Positions 15,640 to 28,100 of a stretch of DNA of 64,000 nucleotides are shown here, piece by piece (position 1 is the stretch's first letter; the number at the start of each line of letters is the position of its first letter). The DNA lies in the NCBI RefSeq assembly GCF_009914755.1, contig NC_060948.1; one strand, written 5' to 3'. The notes under the pieces were generated by a model. That model did no database searches. It was not told the origin of the DNA and saw only the letters and a list, made by a program, of their open reading frames with translations. This DNA is from the human T2T-CHM13v2.0 reference genome, Homo sapiens. A program made the position numbers and the translations under genes.

Positions 15640-18600
15640 TGGACTCCTTTGGAATGGTCTAGTATGCAATGCAATCGACTGGCAGGGAATTAAAAGGCAT
15701 GCAATCGAATGGATTGCACAGGAATGCAATGGACTCGAATAGATTGGAAACAGAATGCAAAGGAATGGAATGGAATAGTATGGAATGGAATGGAAAGGAA
15801 TGGAGTGGAATAGACTAGAGTAGAATGGAATTTACTCGAAAGCAATGGACTGGAATAGAACTTTCTTGAATGGGCTGGAATCAAACGGAATGGAATGCTG
15901 TGCAATCAAATAGAATGAAAGAGAATCAAATCCAATCGAATGGATTGGAAAGGAATTGACTGAAATGGAATGGACTAGAATGGAAGGCAAAGGAATGGAA
16001 TCTATAGGAATGGACTGTAATGGAATGGAATGGAAGGGATTGGAATGGAATCGAATGGAATGGACTGCAATAGAAAGGATTCGAATGGAATGAAAAAGAA
16101 TTGAATGGAATAGAACAGAATGGAATCAAATCGAATGAAATGGAATGGAATAGAAAGGATTCGAATGGAATGCAATCGAACGGAATGGAATCGAACGGAA
16201 TGGAATAAAATGGAAGAAAACTGGCAAGAAATGGAATCGAAATGAATGGAGTGTTATGGAACGGACTCAAAAGGAATTGAATGTAATAGAATGGAGTGGA
16301 GTGGACTCGAATATAATGGACTGGAATGGAATGAAATCACATGGAATGGGAACGAATGGAATGGAATGGAAAGGAATGGAATCGAATGGAAAGGAATCGA
16401 ATGGAAGGGAATGAAATTGAATCAACAGGAATGGAAGGGAATAGAATAGACGGTAATGGAATGGACTCGAATAGAATGGACACGAATGCTCAAATTGAAT
16501 GGACTCGAATGGAATGGAAACGAAAGGAATGTCATCGAATGTAATTGAATCGATTGGAATGAAATCGCATAGAATGGAGTGGAATCAAATGGAATTGAGT
16601 CGAAAGGAAAGGAAGCGAATGGACTGAAATGAAATGGAATGGAATTGAATGGAAAGTAATGCAATGGAATAGAATGGAACGAAATTTCACGGAATGGAAT
16701 CAAACTGAATGGAATCAAATCAATGGAATCAAATCAAATGGAATGGAAAGGAATTGAATGGAGTAGATGGGATTGGATGGGATTGGAATGAAATGTACTG
16801 GAAAGAACTCGAATTTCATGAAACGGAATGGAATGAATTGGAACGGAATGGACTCGAATGGAATGGAATGTCATGGAATGGCATCAAATGGAATGGCATC
16901 AAATGGAATGGAATCGAATGCAATGGAATGCTATGGAATGGAATGGAATGCATTGGAATGGAATGTCCTCTAATGGAATGGATTCGAGTGGAATGGAATC
17001 GAATATAATGGAGTCGAATGAAATGTAATTGAAAGGAATGGGATCGAATACCATGTAATATACTGGAATGTAATGTAATGAACTCGAATGTAATTGACTG
17101 GAATGGAATGTACATGAATGGAATGTAATCGAATGGAAAGTAATCCAATGGAATAGAATCTAATGCAATAAAATCGACTCAAATAGAATAGAATGTAATG
17201 GAATGGAGTGCAGAGCAATGGAATGGAATGGAATGGAATGCAGTGGAATGGAATGGAATGGAATGCAATGGAATGGAATGTATTAGAATGTAATGAACAT
17301 TAATGGAATGTACTCGAATGGATTCGACTGGAATGGAATGTTCTGGAAGTTTATGGACTCCAATGGAATAGATTCGAAAGGAATGGAATCGAACGGAATG
17401 GAATCTAATGGAATGGAATTAAATGGAAATGAATCAAATTGAATAGCACGGAATTGAATTGAATGGAATAGAATGCAATGTAATCTAATGAAACAGAAAG
17501 GAAAGGAATGGAATGGAATGGAATGGGCTGGAATGGAATGGAATCGAAACGAATGGAATGGAATCGAACTAAAGAGACTGGAATGGAATGCACTGGAATG
17601 GAAGGGAGTGTAATGGAAGGTTCTCGAAAAAAATGGAATCGAATGGAATGGAATTGAATGGAACGGAATAGAGTCGAATGGAATTGAATGGAATGGAATG
17701 GACTAGAGTGAAATGGAATCGAACCACAAGGAATGGACAGGAATAGAATGGTCTCGAATTGAATGGAATCGTATGGAATGGCATCAAACGGAATGGAATG
17801 GACAGCCACGGAATGGAATGCACTCGAATGCAATGGAGTCGAAACTAATGGACTGGAATAGAATGGACTCGACTGGTACGGACTCCAATGGAATGGAATC
17901 GAATGGAAGGGAATCGAACAGAATGGACTCGAAGGGAAAAGACTGCAATGGAAAGGTCTCGAATGGAATGGAAATTAATGGAATGGAATGGAATCGAATG
18001 AAGTGGAGTCTAAAGGAATGGAATCGAATGGCAAGAAATCGAATGTAATGGAATCGCAAGGAATTGATGTGAACGGAACGGAATGGAATGGAATCCAAAG
18101 GAATGTAATAGAATGGAATGGAATCAAATGGAAAGGACTCGAATGGAAATCACTCGAATAGAATGCAATTTAATAAAATAGGATCAAATGTAATGGAATG
18201 GAATGGAAAGGAATCGAAACGAAAGGAATGGAGACAGATGGAATGGAATGGAACAGAGAGCAATGGTATAGAATGGAATGGAATCATCTGGAATGGAATT
18301 GAATGGAATGCAATAACATGAAATGGAATGGAATGGAATGGAATGCCCTTGAATTAAATGGACTGGAATGGAATGGACTCGAACAGAGTGGAATGGAAAG
18401 TGTTGAAATAGAATGGAATGGACTCGTTTGGAATGGTCTAGTATGCAATGCAATCGACTGGCAGGGAATCAAAAGGAATGTAATCGAATGGATTGGACTG
18501 GAATGCAATGGACTCGAATAGATTGGAAACGGAATGCAAAGGAATGGAATGGAATAGTATGGAATGGAATGGAAAGGAATGGAGTGGAATAGACTAGAGT

Positions 18601-20883
18601 GGAATGGAATGGACTCAAAAGCAATGGACTGGAATGGAACTTTCTTGAATGGACTGGAATCAAACGGAATGGAATGCAATGCAATCAAATGGCATGGAAT
18701 AACATAGAATGAAAGAGAATCAAATGGAATTGAATGGAATGGAATCGAATGGATTGGAAAGGAATAGAATGGAATGGAATGGAATTGACTCAAATGGAAT
18801 GGACTAGAATGGAATGGATTCGAATGGAAGGCAAAGGAATGGAATCTATTGGAATGGACTGTAATGGAATGGAATGGAAGGGATTGGAATGGACTCGAAT
18901 GGAATGGACTGCAATAGAAAGGATTCGAATGGAATGAAAAAGAATTGAATGGAATAGAACAGAATGGAATCAAATCGAATGAAATGGAATGGAATAGAAA
19001 GGAATGGAATGAAATGGAATGGAAAGGATTCGAATGGAATGCAATCGAATGGAATGGAATCGAACGGAATGGAATAAAATGGAAGAAAACTGGCAAGAAA
19101 TGGAATCGAAATGAATGGAGTGTTATGGAACGGACTCATAAGGAATTGAATGTAATAGAATTGAGTGAAGTGGACTCGAATATAATGGACTGGAATGGAA
19201 TGAAATCACATGGAATGGGAACGAATGGAATGGAATGGAAAGGAATGGAATCGAATGGAAAGGAATGGAATGGAAGGGAATGAAACTGAATCAACAGGAA
19301 TGGAAGGGAGTAGAATAGACGGTAATGGAATGGACTCGAATAGAATGGACACGAATGCACAAATTGAATGGACTCGAATGGAATGGAAACGAAAGGAATG
19401 TCATCGAATGGAATTGAATCGATTGGAATGAAATCGCATAGAATGGAGTGGAATCAAATGGAATTGAGTCGAAAGGAAAGGAAGCGAATGGACTGAAATG
19501 AAATGGAATGGAATGGAATGGAAAGTAATGCAATGGAATAGAATGGAACGAAATTTCACGGAATGGAATCAAACTGAATGGAATAAAATCAATGGAATAT
19601 AATCAAATGGAATGGAAAGGAATTGAATGGAGTAGATTGGATTGGATGGGATTGGAATGAAATGGAATGGAAAGGACTCGAATTTCATGAAACGGAATGG
19701 AATGAATTGGAACGGAATGGACTCGAATGGAATGGAATGTCATGGAATTGCATCAAATGGAATGGCATCAAAGGGAATGGAATCGAATGCAATGGAATGC
19801 TATGGAATGGATTGGAATGCATTGGAATGGAATGTCCTCTAATGGAATGGATTCGAGTGGAATGGAATCGAATATAATGGAGTCGAATGAAATGGAATTG
19901 AAAGGAATGGGATCGAATACAATGGAATATACTGGAATGTAACGTAATGAACTCGAATGTAATTGACTGGAATGGAATGTACACGAATGGAATGTAATCG
20001 AATGGAAAGTAATCCAATGGAATAGAATGTAATGCAATAAAATCGACTCAAATAGAATAGAATGCAATGGAATGGAGTGCAGTGCAATGGAATGGAATGG
20101 AATGGAATGCAATGGAATGGAATGGAATGGAATGGAATGCAATGGGATGGAATGGTATGGAATGGATAGTAATGGACTGGAGTGAAATGGACTGGAAAGG
20201 AATGGACTCAAATTGAAAGGTCTCGAAAGGAATGGAGTCAAATGGAATGGTCTGGAATGGAATGAACACGAATGTAATGCAATCCAATAGAATGGAATCG
20301 AATGGCATGGAATATAAAGAAATGGAATCGAAGAGAATGGAAACAAATGGAATGGAATTGAATGGAATGGAATTGAATGGAATGGGAACGAATGGAGTGA
20401 AATTGTATGCAGTAGAAGAGAATAGAATGGAATGCAAGCGAAAGGAAAGGAATGGATTGGAATGGAATGGAATTCATTGGAATGGAAGGGAATGTAGTGT
20501 AATGGACAGGCCTGGAATAAAGTGGAATGCTACGGTCTCGAATGGAATAAAAATGTATGGAATGGAATGCAATGAAACGGAATCGAATGTCATAGAATGT
20601 AATGGAATGCAAAAAAATGGAATCCAAAATCATTGACTGGAAAGGCTGGGTGTCGAAAGGAATTGACTCCAATGGAATGGAATCGAATGGAATGGAAGTG
20701 AATAGAATCGAACTAAATCGAATGGAATGGAATTGATAGGAACGGAATGGAAAGGAATGCAATGATTTGGCATGGAATGGAATCGAATGGCATCGAATGG
20801 AATGGAATGGAATGCAATGGAATGGAATATATTAGAATGTAATGAACTTTAATGGAATGTACTCGAATGGATTCGACTGGAAT

Positions 20884-20898
20884 GGAATGTTCTGGAAG
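20884..20898. promoter_or_regulatory. Canonical heat-shock element motif A (representative copy, one per DYZ1 unit)
   Basis: gGAAtgTTCtgGAAg fits nGAAnnTTCnnGAAn. Motif match only, binding not shown. Confidence 0.5.
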
Positions 20899-21163
20899 TG
20901 AATGGACTCCAATGGAATGGATTCGAAAGGAATGGAATCGTACGGAATGGAATCTAATGGAATGGAATTAAATGGAAATGAATCAAATTGAATAGCACGG
21001 AATTGAATTGAATGGAATGGAATGCAATGGAATCTAATGAAACGGAAAGGAAAGGAATGGAATGGAATGGAATGGGCTGGAATGGAAAGGAATCGAAACG
21101 AATGGAATGGAATCGAACTGAAGAGACTGGAATGGAATGCACTGGAATGGAAGGGAGTGTAAT

Positions 21164-21178
21164 GGAAGGTTCTCGAAA
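21164..21178. promoter_or_regulatory. Canonical heat-shock element motif B (representative copy)
   Basis: gGAAggTTCtcGAAa fits nGAAnnTTCnnGAAn. Motif match only. Confidence 0.5.
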
Positions 21179-22184
21179 AAAATGGAATCGAATGGAATGG
21201 AATTGAATGGAACGGAATAGAGTCGAATGGAATTGAATGGAATGGAATGGACTAGAGTGAAATGGAATCGAACCACAAGGAATGGACAGGAATAGAATGG
21301 TCTCGAATTGAATGGAATCGTATGGAATGGCATCAAACGGAATGGAATGGACAGACACGGAATGGAATGCACTCGAATGCAATGGAGTCGAAACTAATGG
21401 ACTGGAATAGAATGGACTCGACTGGTACGGACTCCAATGGAATGGAATCGAATGCAAGGGAATCGAACGGAATGGACTCGAAGGGAAAAGACTGCAATGG
21501 AAAGGTCTCGAATGGAATGGAAATTAATGGAATGGATTGGAATCGAATGAAATGGAGTCAAAAGGAATGGAATCGAATGGCAAGAAATCGAATGTAATGG
21601 AATCGCAAGGAATTGATGTGAACGGAACGGAATGGAATGGAATCCAAAGGAATGGAATAGAATGGAATGGAATCGAATGGAAAGGACTCGAATGGAAATC
21701 ACTCGAATAGAATGCAATTTAATAAAATAGGATCAAATGTAATGGAATGGAATGGAAAGGAATCGAAACGAAAGGAATGGAGACAGATGGAATGGAATGG
21801 AACAGAGAGCAATGGTATAGAATGGAATGGAATCATCTGGAATGGAATTGAATGGAATGGAATAACATGAAATGGAATGGAATGGAATGGAATGCCCTTG
21901 AATTAAATGGACTTGAATGGAATGGACTCGAACAGAGTGGAATGGAAAGTGTTGAAATATAATGGAATGGACTCCTTTGGAATGGTCTAGTATGCAATGC
22001 AATCGACTGGCAGGGAATCAAAAGGAATGTAATCGAATGGATTGGACTGGAATGCAATGGATTCGAATAGATTGGAAACGGAATGCAAAGGAATGGAATG
22101 GAATAGTATGGAATGGAATGGAAAGGAATGGAGTGGAATAGACTAGAGTGGAATGGAATGGACTGGAAAGCAATGGACTGGAAT

Positions 22185-22199
22185 GGAACTTTCTTGAAT
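22185..22199. promoter_or_regulatory. Canonical heat-shock element motif C (representative copy)
   Basis: gGAActTTCttGAAt fits nGAAnnTTCnnGAAn. Motif match only. Confidence 0.5.
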
Positions 22200-25100
22200 G
22201 GACTGGAATCAAACGGAATGGAATGCAATGCAATCAAATGGCATGGAATAAAATAGAATGAAAGAGAATCAAACGGAATTGAATCGAATGGAATCGAATG
22301 GATTGGAAAGGAATAGAATGGAATGGAATGGAATTGACTCAAATGGAATGGACTAGAATGGAATGGATTCGAATGGAAGGCAAAGGAATGGAATCTATTG
22401 GAATGGACTGTAATGGAATGGAATGGAAGGGATTGGAATGGACTCGAATGGAATGGACTGCAATAGAAAGGATTCGAATGGAATGAAAAAGAATTGAATG
22501 GAATAGAACAGAATGGAATCAAACCTCATGAAATAGAATGGAATAGAAAGGAATGGAATGAAATGGAATGGAAAGGATTCGAATGGAATGCAATCGAATG
22601 GAATGCAATCGAATGGAATGGAATCGAACGGAATGGAATAAAATGGAAGAAAACTGGCAAGAAATGGAATCGAAATGAATGGAGTGTTATGGATCGGACT
22701 CAAAAGGAATTGAATGTAATAGAATGGAGTGGAGTGGACTCGAATATAATGGACTGGAATGGAATGAAATCACATGGAATGGGAACGAATGGAATGGAAT
22801 GGAAAGGAATGGAATCGAATGGAAAGGAATCGAATGGAAGGGAATGAAATTGAATCAACAGGAATGGAAGGGAGTAGAATAGACGGTAATGGAATGGACT
22901 CGAATAGAATGGACACGAATGCTCAAATTGAATGGACTCGAATGGAATGGAAACGAAAGGAATGTCATCGAATGGAATTGAATCGGTTGGAATGAAATCG
23001 CATAGAATGGAGTGGAATCAAATGGAATTGAATCGAAAGGAAAGGAAGCGAATGGACTGAAATGAAATGGAATGGAATTGAATGGAAAGTAATGCAATGG
23101 AATAGAATGGAACGAAATTTCACGGAATGGAATCAAACTGAATGGAATCAAATCAATGGAATATAATCAAATGGAATGGAAAGGAATTGAATGGAGTAGA
23201 TTGGGTTGGATGGGATTTGAATGAAATGGAATGGAAAGGACTCGAATTTCATGAAACGGAATGGAATGAATTGGAACGGAATGGACTCGAATGGAATGGA
23301 ATGACATGGAATGGCAAGAAATGGAATGGCATCAAAGGGAATGGAATCGAATGCAATGGAATGCTATGGAATGGAATGGAATGCATTGGAATGGAATGTC
23401 CTCTAATGGAATGGATTCGAGTGGAATGGAATCTAATATAATGGAGTTGAATGAAATGGAATTGAAAGGAATGGGATCGAATACAATGGAATATACTGGA
23501 ATGTAATGTAAAGAACTCGAATGTAATTGAATGGAAAGGAATGTACATGAATGGAATGTAATCGAATGGAAAGTAATCCAATGGAATAGTATCTAATGTA
23601 ATAAAATCGACTCAGATAGAGTAGAATGTAATGGAATGGAGTGTAGTGCAATGGAATGGAATGGAATGGAATGCAATGGAATGGAAAGGAATGGAATGGA
23701 ATGGAATGGAATGGGATGGAATGGTATGGAATGGATAGTAATGGACTGGAGTGAAATGGACTGGAAAGGAATGGACTCAAATTGAAAGGTCTCGAAAGGA
23801 ATGGAGTCAAAAGGAATGGTCTGGAATGGAATGAACACGAATGTAATGCAATCCAATAGAATGGAGTCGAATGGCATGGAATATAAAGAAATGGAATCGA
23901 AGAGAATGGAAACAAATGGAATGGAATTGAATGGAATGGAATTGAATGGAATGGGAAGGAATGGAGTGAAATTGTATGCAGTAGAAGAGAATAGAATGGA
24001 ATGCAAGCAAAAGGAAAGGAATGGATTGGAATGGAATGGAATTCATTGGAATGGAAGGGAATGTAGTGTAATGGACAGGCCTGGAATAAAGTGGAATGCT
24101 ACGGTCTCGAATGGAATAAAAATGTATGGAATGGAATGCAATGAAACGGAATCGAATGTCATAGAATGTAATGGAATGCAAAAAAATGGAATCCAAAATC
24201 ATTGACTGGAAAGGCTGGGTGTCGAAAGGAATTGACTCCAATGGAATGGAATCGAATGGAATGGAAGTGAATAGAATCGAACTAAATCGAATGGAATGGA
24301 ATTGATAGGAACGGAATGGAAAGGAATGCAATGATTTGGCATGGAATGGAATCGAATGGCATCGAATGGAATGGAATGGAATGCAATGGAATGGAATGTA
24401 TTAGAATGTAATGAACTTTAATGGAATGTACTCGAATGGATTCGACTGGAATGGAATGTTCTGGAAGTGAATGGACTCCAATGGAATGGATTCAAAAGGA
24501 ATGGAATCGTACGGAATGGAATCTAATGGAATGGAATTAAATGGAAATGAATCAAATTGAATAGCACGGAATTGAATTGAATGGAATGGAATGCAATGGA
24601 ATCTAATGAAACGGAAAGGAAAGGAATGGAATGGAATGGAATGGGCTGGAATGGAAAGGAATCGAAACGAATGGAATGGAATCGAACTGAAGAGACTGGA
24701 ATGGAATGCACTGGAATGGAAGGGAGTGTAATGGAAGGTTCTCGAAAAAAATGGAATCGAATGGAATGGAATTGAATGGAACGGAATAGAGTCGAATGGA
24801 ATTGAATGGAATGGAATGGACTAGAGTGAAATGGAATCGAACCACAAGGAATGGACAGGAATAGAATGGTCTCGAATTGAATGGAATCGTATGGAATGGC
24901 ATCAAACGGAATGGAATGGACAGCCACGGAATGGAATGCACTCGAATGCAATGGAGTCGAAACTAATGGACTGGAATAGAATGGACTCGACTGGTACGGA
25001 CTCCAATGGAATGGAATCGAATGGAAGGGAATCGAACGGAATGGACTCGAAGGGAAAAGACTGCAATGGAAAGGTCTCGAATGGAATGGAAATTAATGGA

Positions 25101-28100
25101 ATGGAATGGAATCGAATGAAATGGAGTCAAAAGGAATGGAATCGAATGGCAAGAAATCGAATGTAATGGAATCGCAAGGAATTGATGTGAACGGAACGGA
25201 ATGGAATGGAATCCAAAGGAATGGAATAGAATGGAATGGAATCGAATGGAAAGGACTCGAATGGAAATCACTCGAATAGAATGCAATTTAATAAAATAGG
25301 ATCAAATGTAATGGAATGGAATGGAAAGGAATCGAAACGAAAGGAATGGAGACAGATGGAATGGAATGGAACAGAGAGCAATGGTATAGAATGGAATGGA
25401 ATCATCTGGAATGGAATTGAATGGAATGGAATAATATGAAATGGAATGGAATGGAATGGAATGTCCTTGAATTAAATGGACTGGAATGGAATGGACTCGA
25501 ACAGAGTGGAATGGAAAGTGTTGAAATAGAATGGAATGGACTCGTTTGGAATGGTGTAGTATGCAATGCAATCGACTGGCAGGGAATCAAAAGGAATGTA
25601 ATCGAATGGATTGGACTGGAATGCAATGGACTCGAATAGATTGGAAACGGAATGCAAAGGAATGGAATGGAATAGTATGGAATGGAATGGAAAGGAATGG
25701 AGTGGAATAGACTAGAGTGGAATGGAATGGACTCGAAAGCAATGGACTGGAATGGAACTTTCTTGAATGGACTGGAATCAAACGGAATGGAATGAAATGC
25801 AATCAAATGGCATGGAATAAAATAGAATGAAAGAGAATCAAACGGAATTGAATCGAATGGAATCGAATGGATTGGAAAGGAATAGAATGGAATGGAATGG
25901 AATTGACTCAAATGGAATGGACTAGAATGGAATGGATTCGAATGGAAGGCAAAGGAATGGAATCTATTGGAATGGACTGTAATGGAATGGAATGGAAGGG
26001 ATTGGAATGGACTCGAATGGAATGGACTGCAATAGAAAGGATTCGAATGGAATGAAAAAGAATTGAATGGAATAGAACAGAATGGAATCAAACCTCATGA
26101 AATAGAATGGAATAGAAAGGAATGGAATGAAATGGAATGGAAAGGATTCGAATGGAATGCAATCGAATGGAATGCAATCGAATGGAATGGAATCGAACGG
26201 AATGGAATAAAATGGAAGAAAACTGGCAAGAAATGGAATCGAAATGAATGGAGTGTTAAGGAACGGACTCAAAAGGAATTGAATGTAATAGAATGGAGTG
26301 GAGTGGACTCGAATATAATGGAGTGGAATGGAATGAAATCACATGGAATGGGAACGAATGGAATGGAATGGAAAGGAATGGAATCGAATGGAAAGGAATC
26401 GAATGGAAGGGAATGAAATTGAATCAACAGGAATGGAAGGGAATAGAATAGACGGTAATGGAATGGACTCGAATAGAATGGACACGAATGCTCAAATTGA
26501 ATGGACTCGAATGGAATGGAAATGAAAGGAATGTCATCGAATGCAATTCAATCGATTGGAATGAAATCGCATAGGATGGAGTGGAATCAAATGGAATTGA
26601 ATCGAAAGGAAAAGAAGCGAATTGACTGAAATGAAATGGAATGGAATTGAATGGAAAGTAATGCAACGGAATAGAATGGAATGAAATTTCACGGAATGGA
26701 ATCAAACTGAATGGAATCAAATCAATGGAATATAATCAAATGGAATGGAAAGGAATTGAATGGAGTAGATTGTATTGGATGGGATTGGAATGAAATGTAC
26801 TGGAAAGGACTCGAATTTCATGAAACGGAATGGAATGTATTAGAACGGAATGGACTCGAATGGAATTGAATGTCACGGAATGGCATCAAATGGAATGGCA
26901 TCAATTGGAATGGAATCGAATGCAATGGAATGCTATGGAATGGAATGGAATGCATTGGAATGGAATGTCCTCTAATGGAATGGATTCGAGTGGAATGGAA
27001 TCGAATATAATGGAGTCTAATGAAATGGAATTGAAAGGAATGGGATCCAATACAATGGAATATACTGGAATGTAATGTAATGAACTCGAATGTAATTGAC
27101 TGGAATGGAATGTACATGAGTGGAATGTAATCGAATGGAAAGTAATCCAATGGAATAGAATCTAATGCAATAAAATCGACTCAAATAGAGTAGAATGTAA
27201 TGGAATGGAGTGTAGTGCAATGGAATGGAATGGAATGGGATGGAATGGTATGGAATGGATAGTAATGGACTGGAGTGAAATGGACTGGAAAATAATGGAC
27301 TCAAATTGAAAGGGCTCGAAAGGAATGGAGTCAAATGGAATGGTCTGGAATGGAATGAACACGAATGTAATGCAATCCAATAGAATGGAATCGAATGGCA
27401 TGGAATATAAAGAAATGGAATCGAAGAGAATGGAAACAAATGGAATGGAATTGAATGGAATGGAATTGAATGGAATGGGAACGAATGGAGTGAAATTGTA
27501 TGCAGTAGAAGAGAATAGAATGGAATGCAAGCGAAAGGAAAGGAATGGATTGGAATGGAATGGAATTCATTGGAATGGAAGGGAATGTAGTGTAATGGAC
27601 AGGCCTGGAATAAAGTGGAATGCTACGGTCTCGAATGGAATAAAAATGTATGGAATGGAATGCAATGAAACGGAATCGAATGTCATAGAATGTAATGGAA
27701 TGCAAAAAAATGGACTCCAAAATCATTGACTGGAAAGGCTGGGTGTCGAAAGGAATTGACTCCAATGGAATGGAATCGAATGGAATGGAAGTGAATAGAA
27801 TCGAACTAAATCGAATGGAATGGAATTGATAGGAACGGAATGGAAAGGAATGCAATGATTTGGCATGGAATGGAATCGAAAGGCATCGAATGGAATGGAA
27901 TGGAATGCAATGGAATGGAATGTATTAGAATGTAATGAACATTAATGGAAAGTACTCGAATGGATTCGACTGGAATGGAATGTTCTGGAAGTGAATGGAC
28001 TCCAATGGAATGGATTCGAAAGGAATGGAATCGAACGGAATGGAATTAAACGGAAATGAATCAAATAGAATAGAACGGAATTGAATTGAATGGAATCGAA

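Noticed and set aside
19545-19695. Extra HSE-like sites GAAatTTCacGGA and GAATTTCATGAA
   Set aside because: The first has only two correct pentamers and the second has the wrong spacing, so neither was counted as canonical.
20035-22260. Several AATAAA hexamers per DYZ1 unit, and TATA-like boxes in the DYZ2 AT tracts
   Set aside because: They are expected from simple substitution in GGAAT or TA-rich sequence, and there is no supporting downstream element or transcript evidence here.
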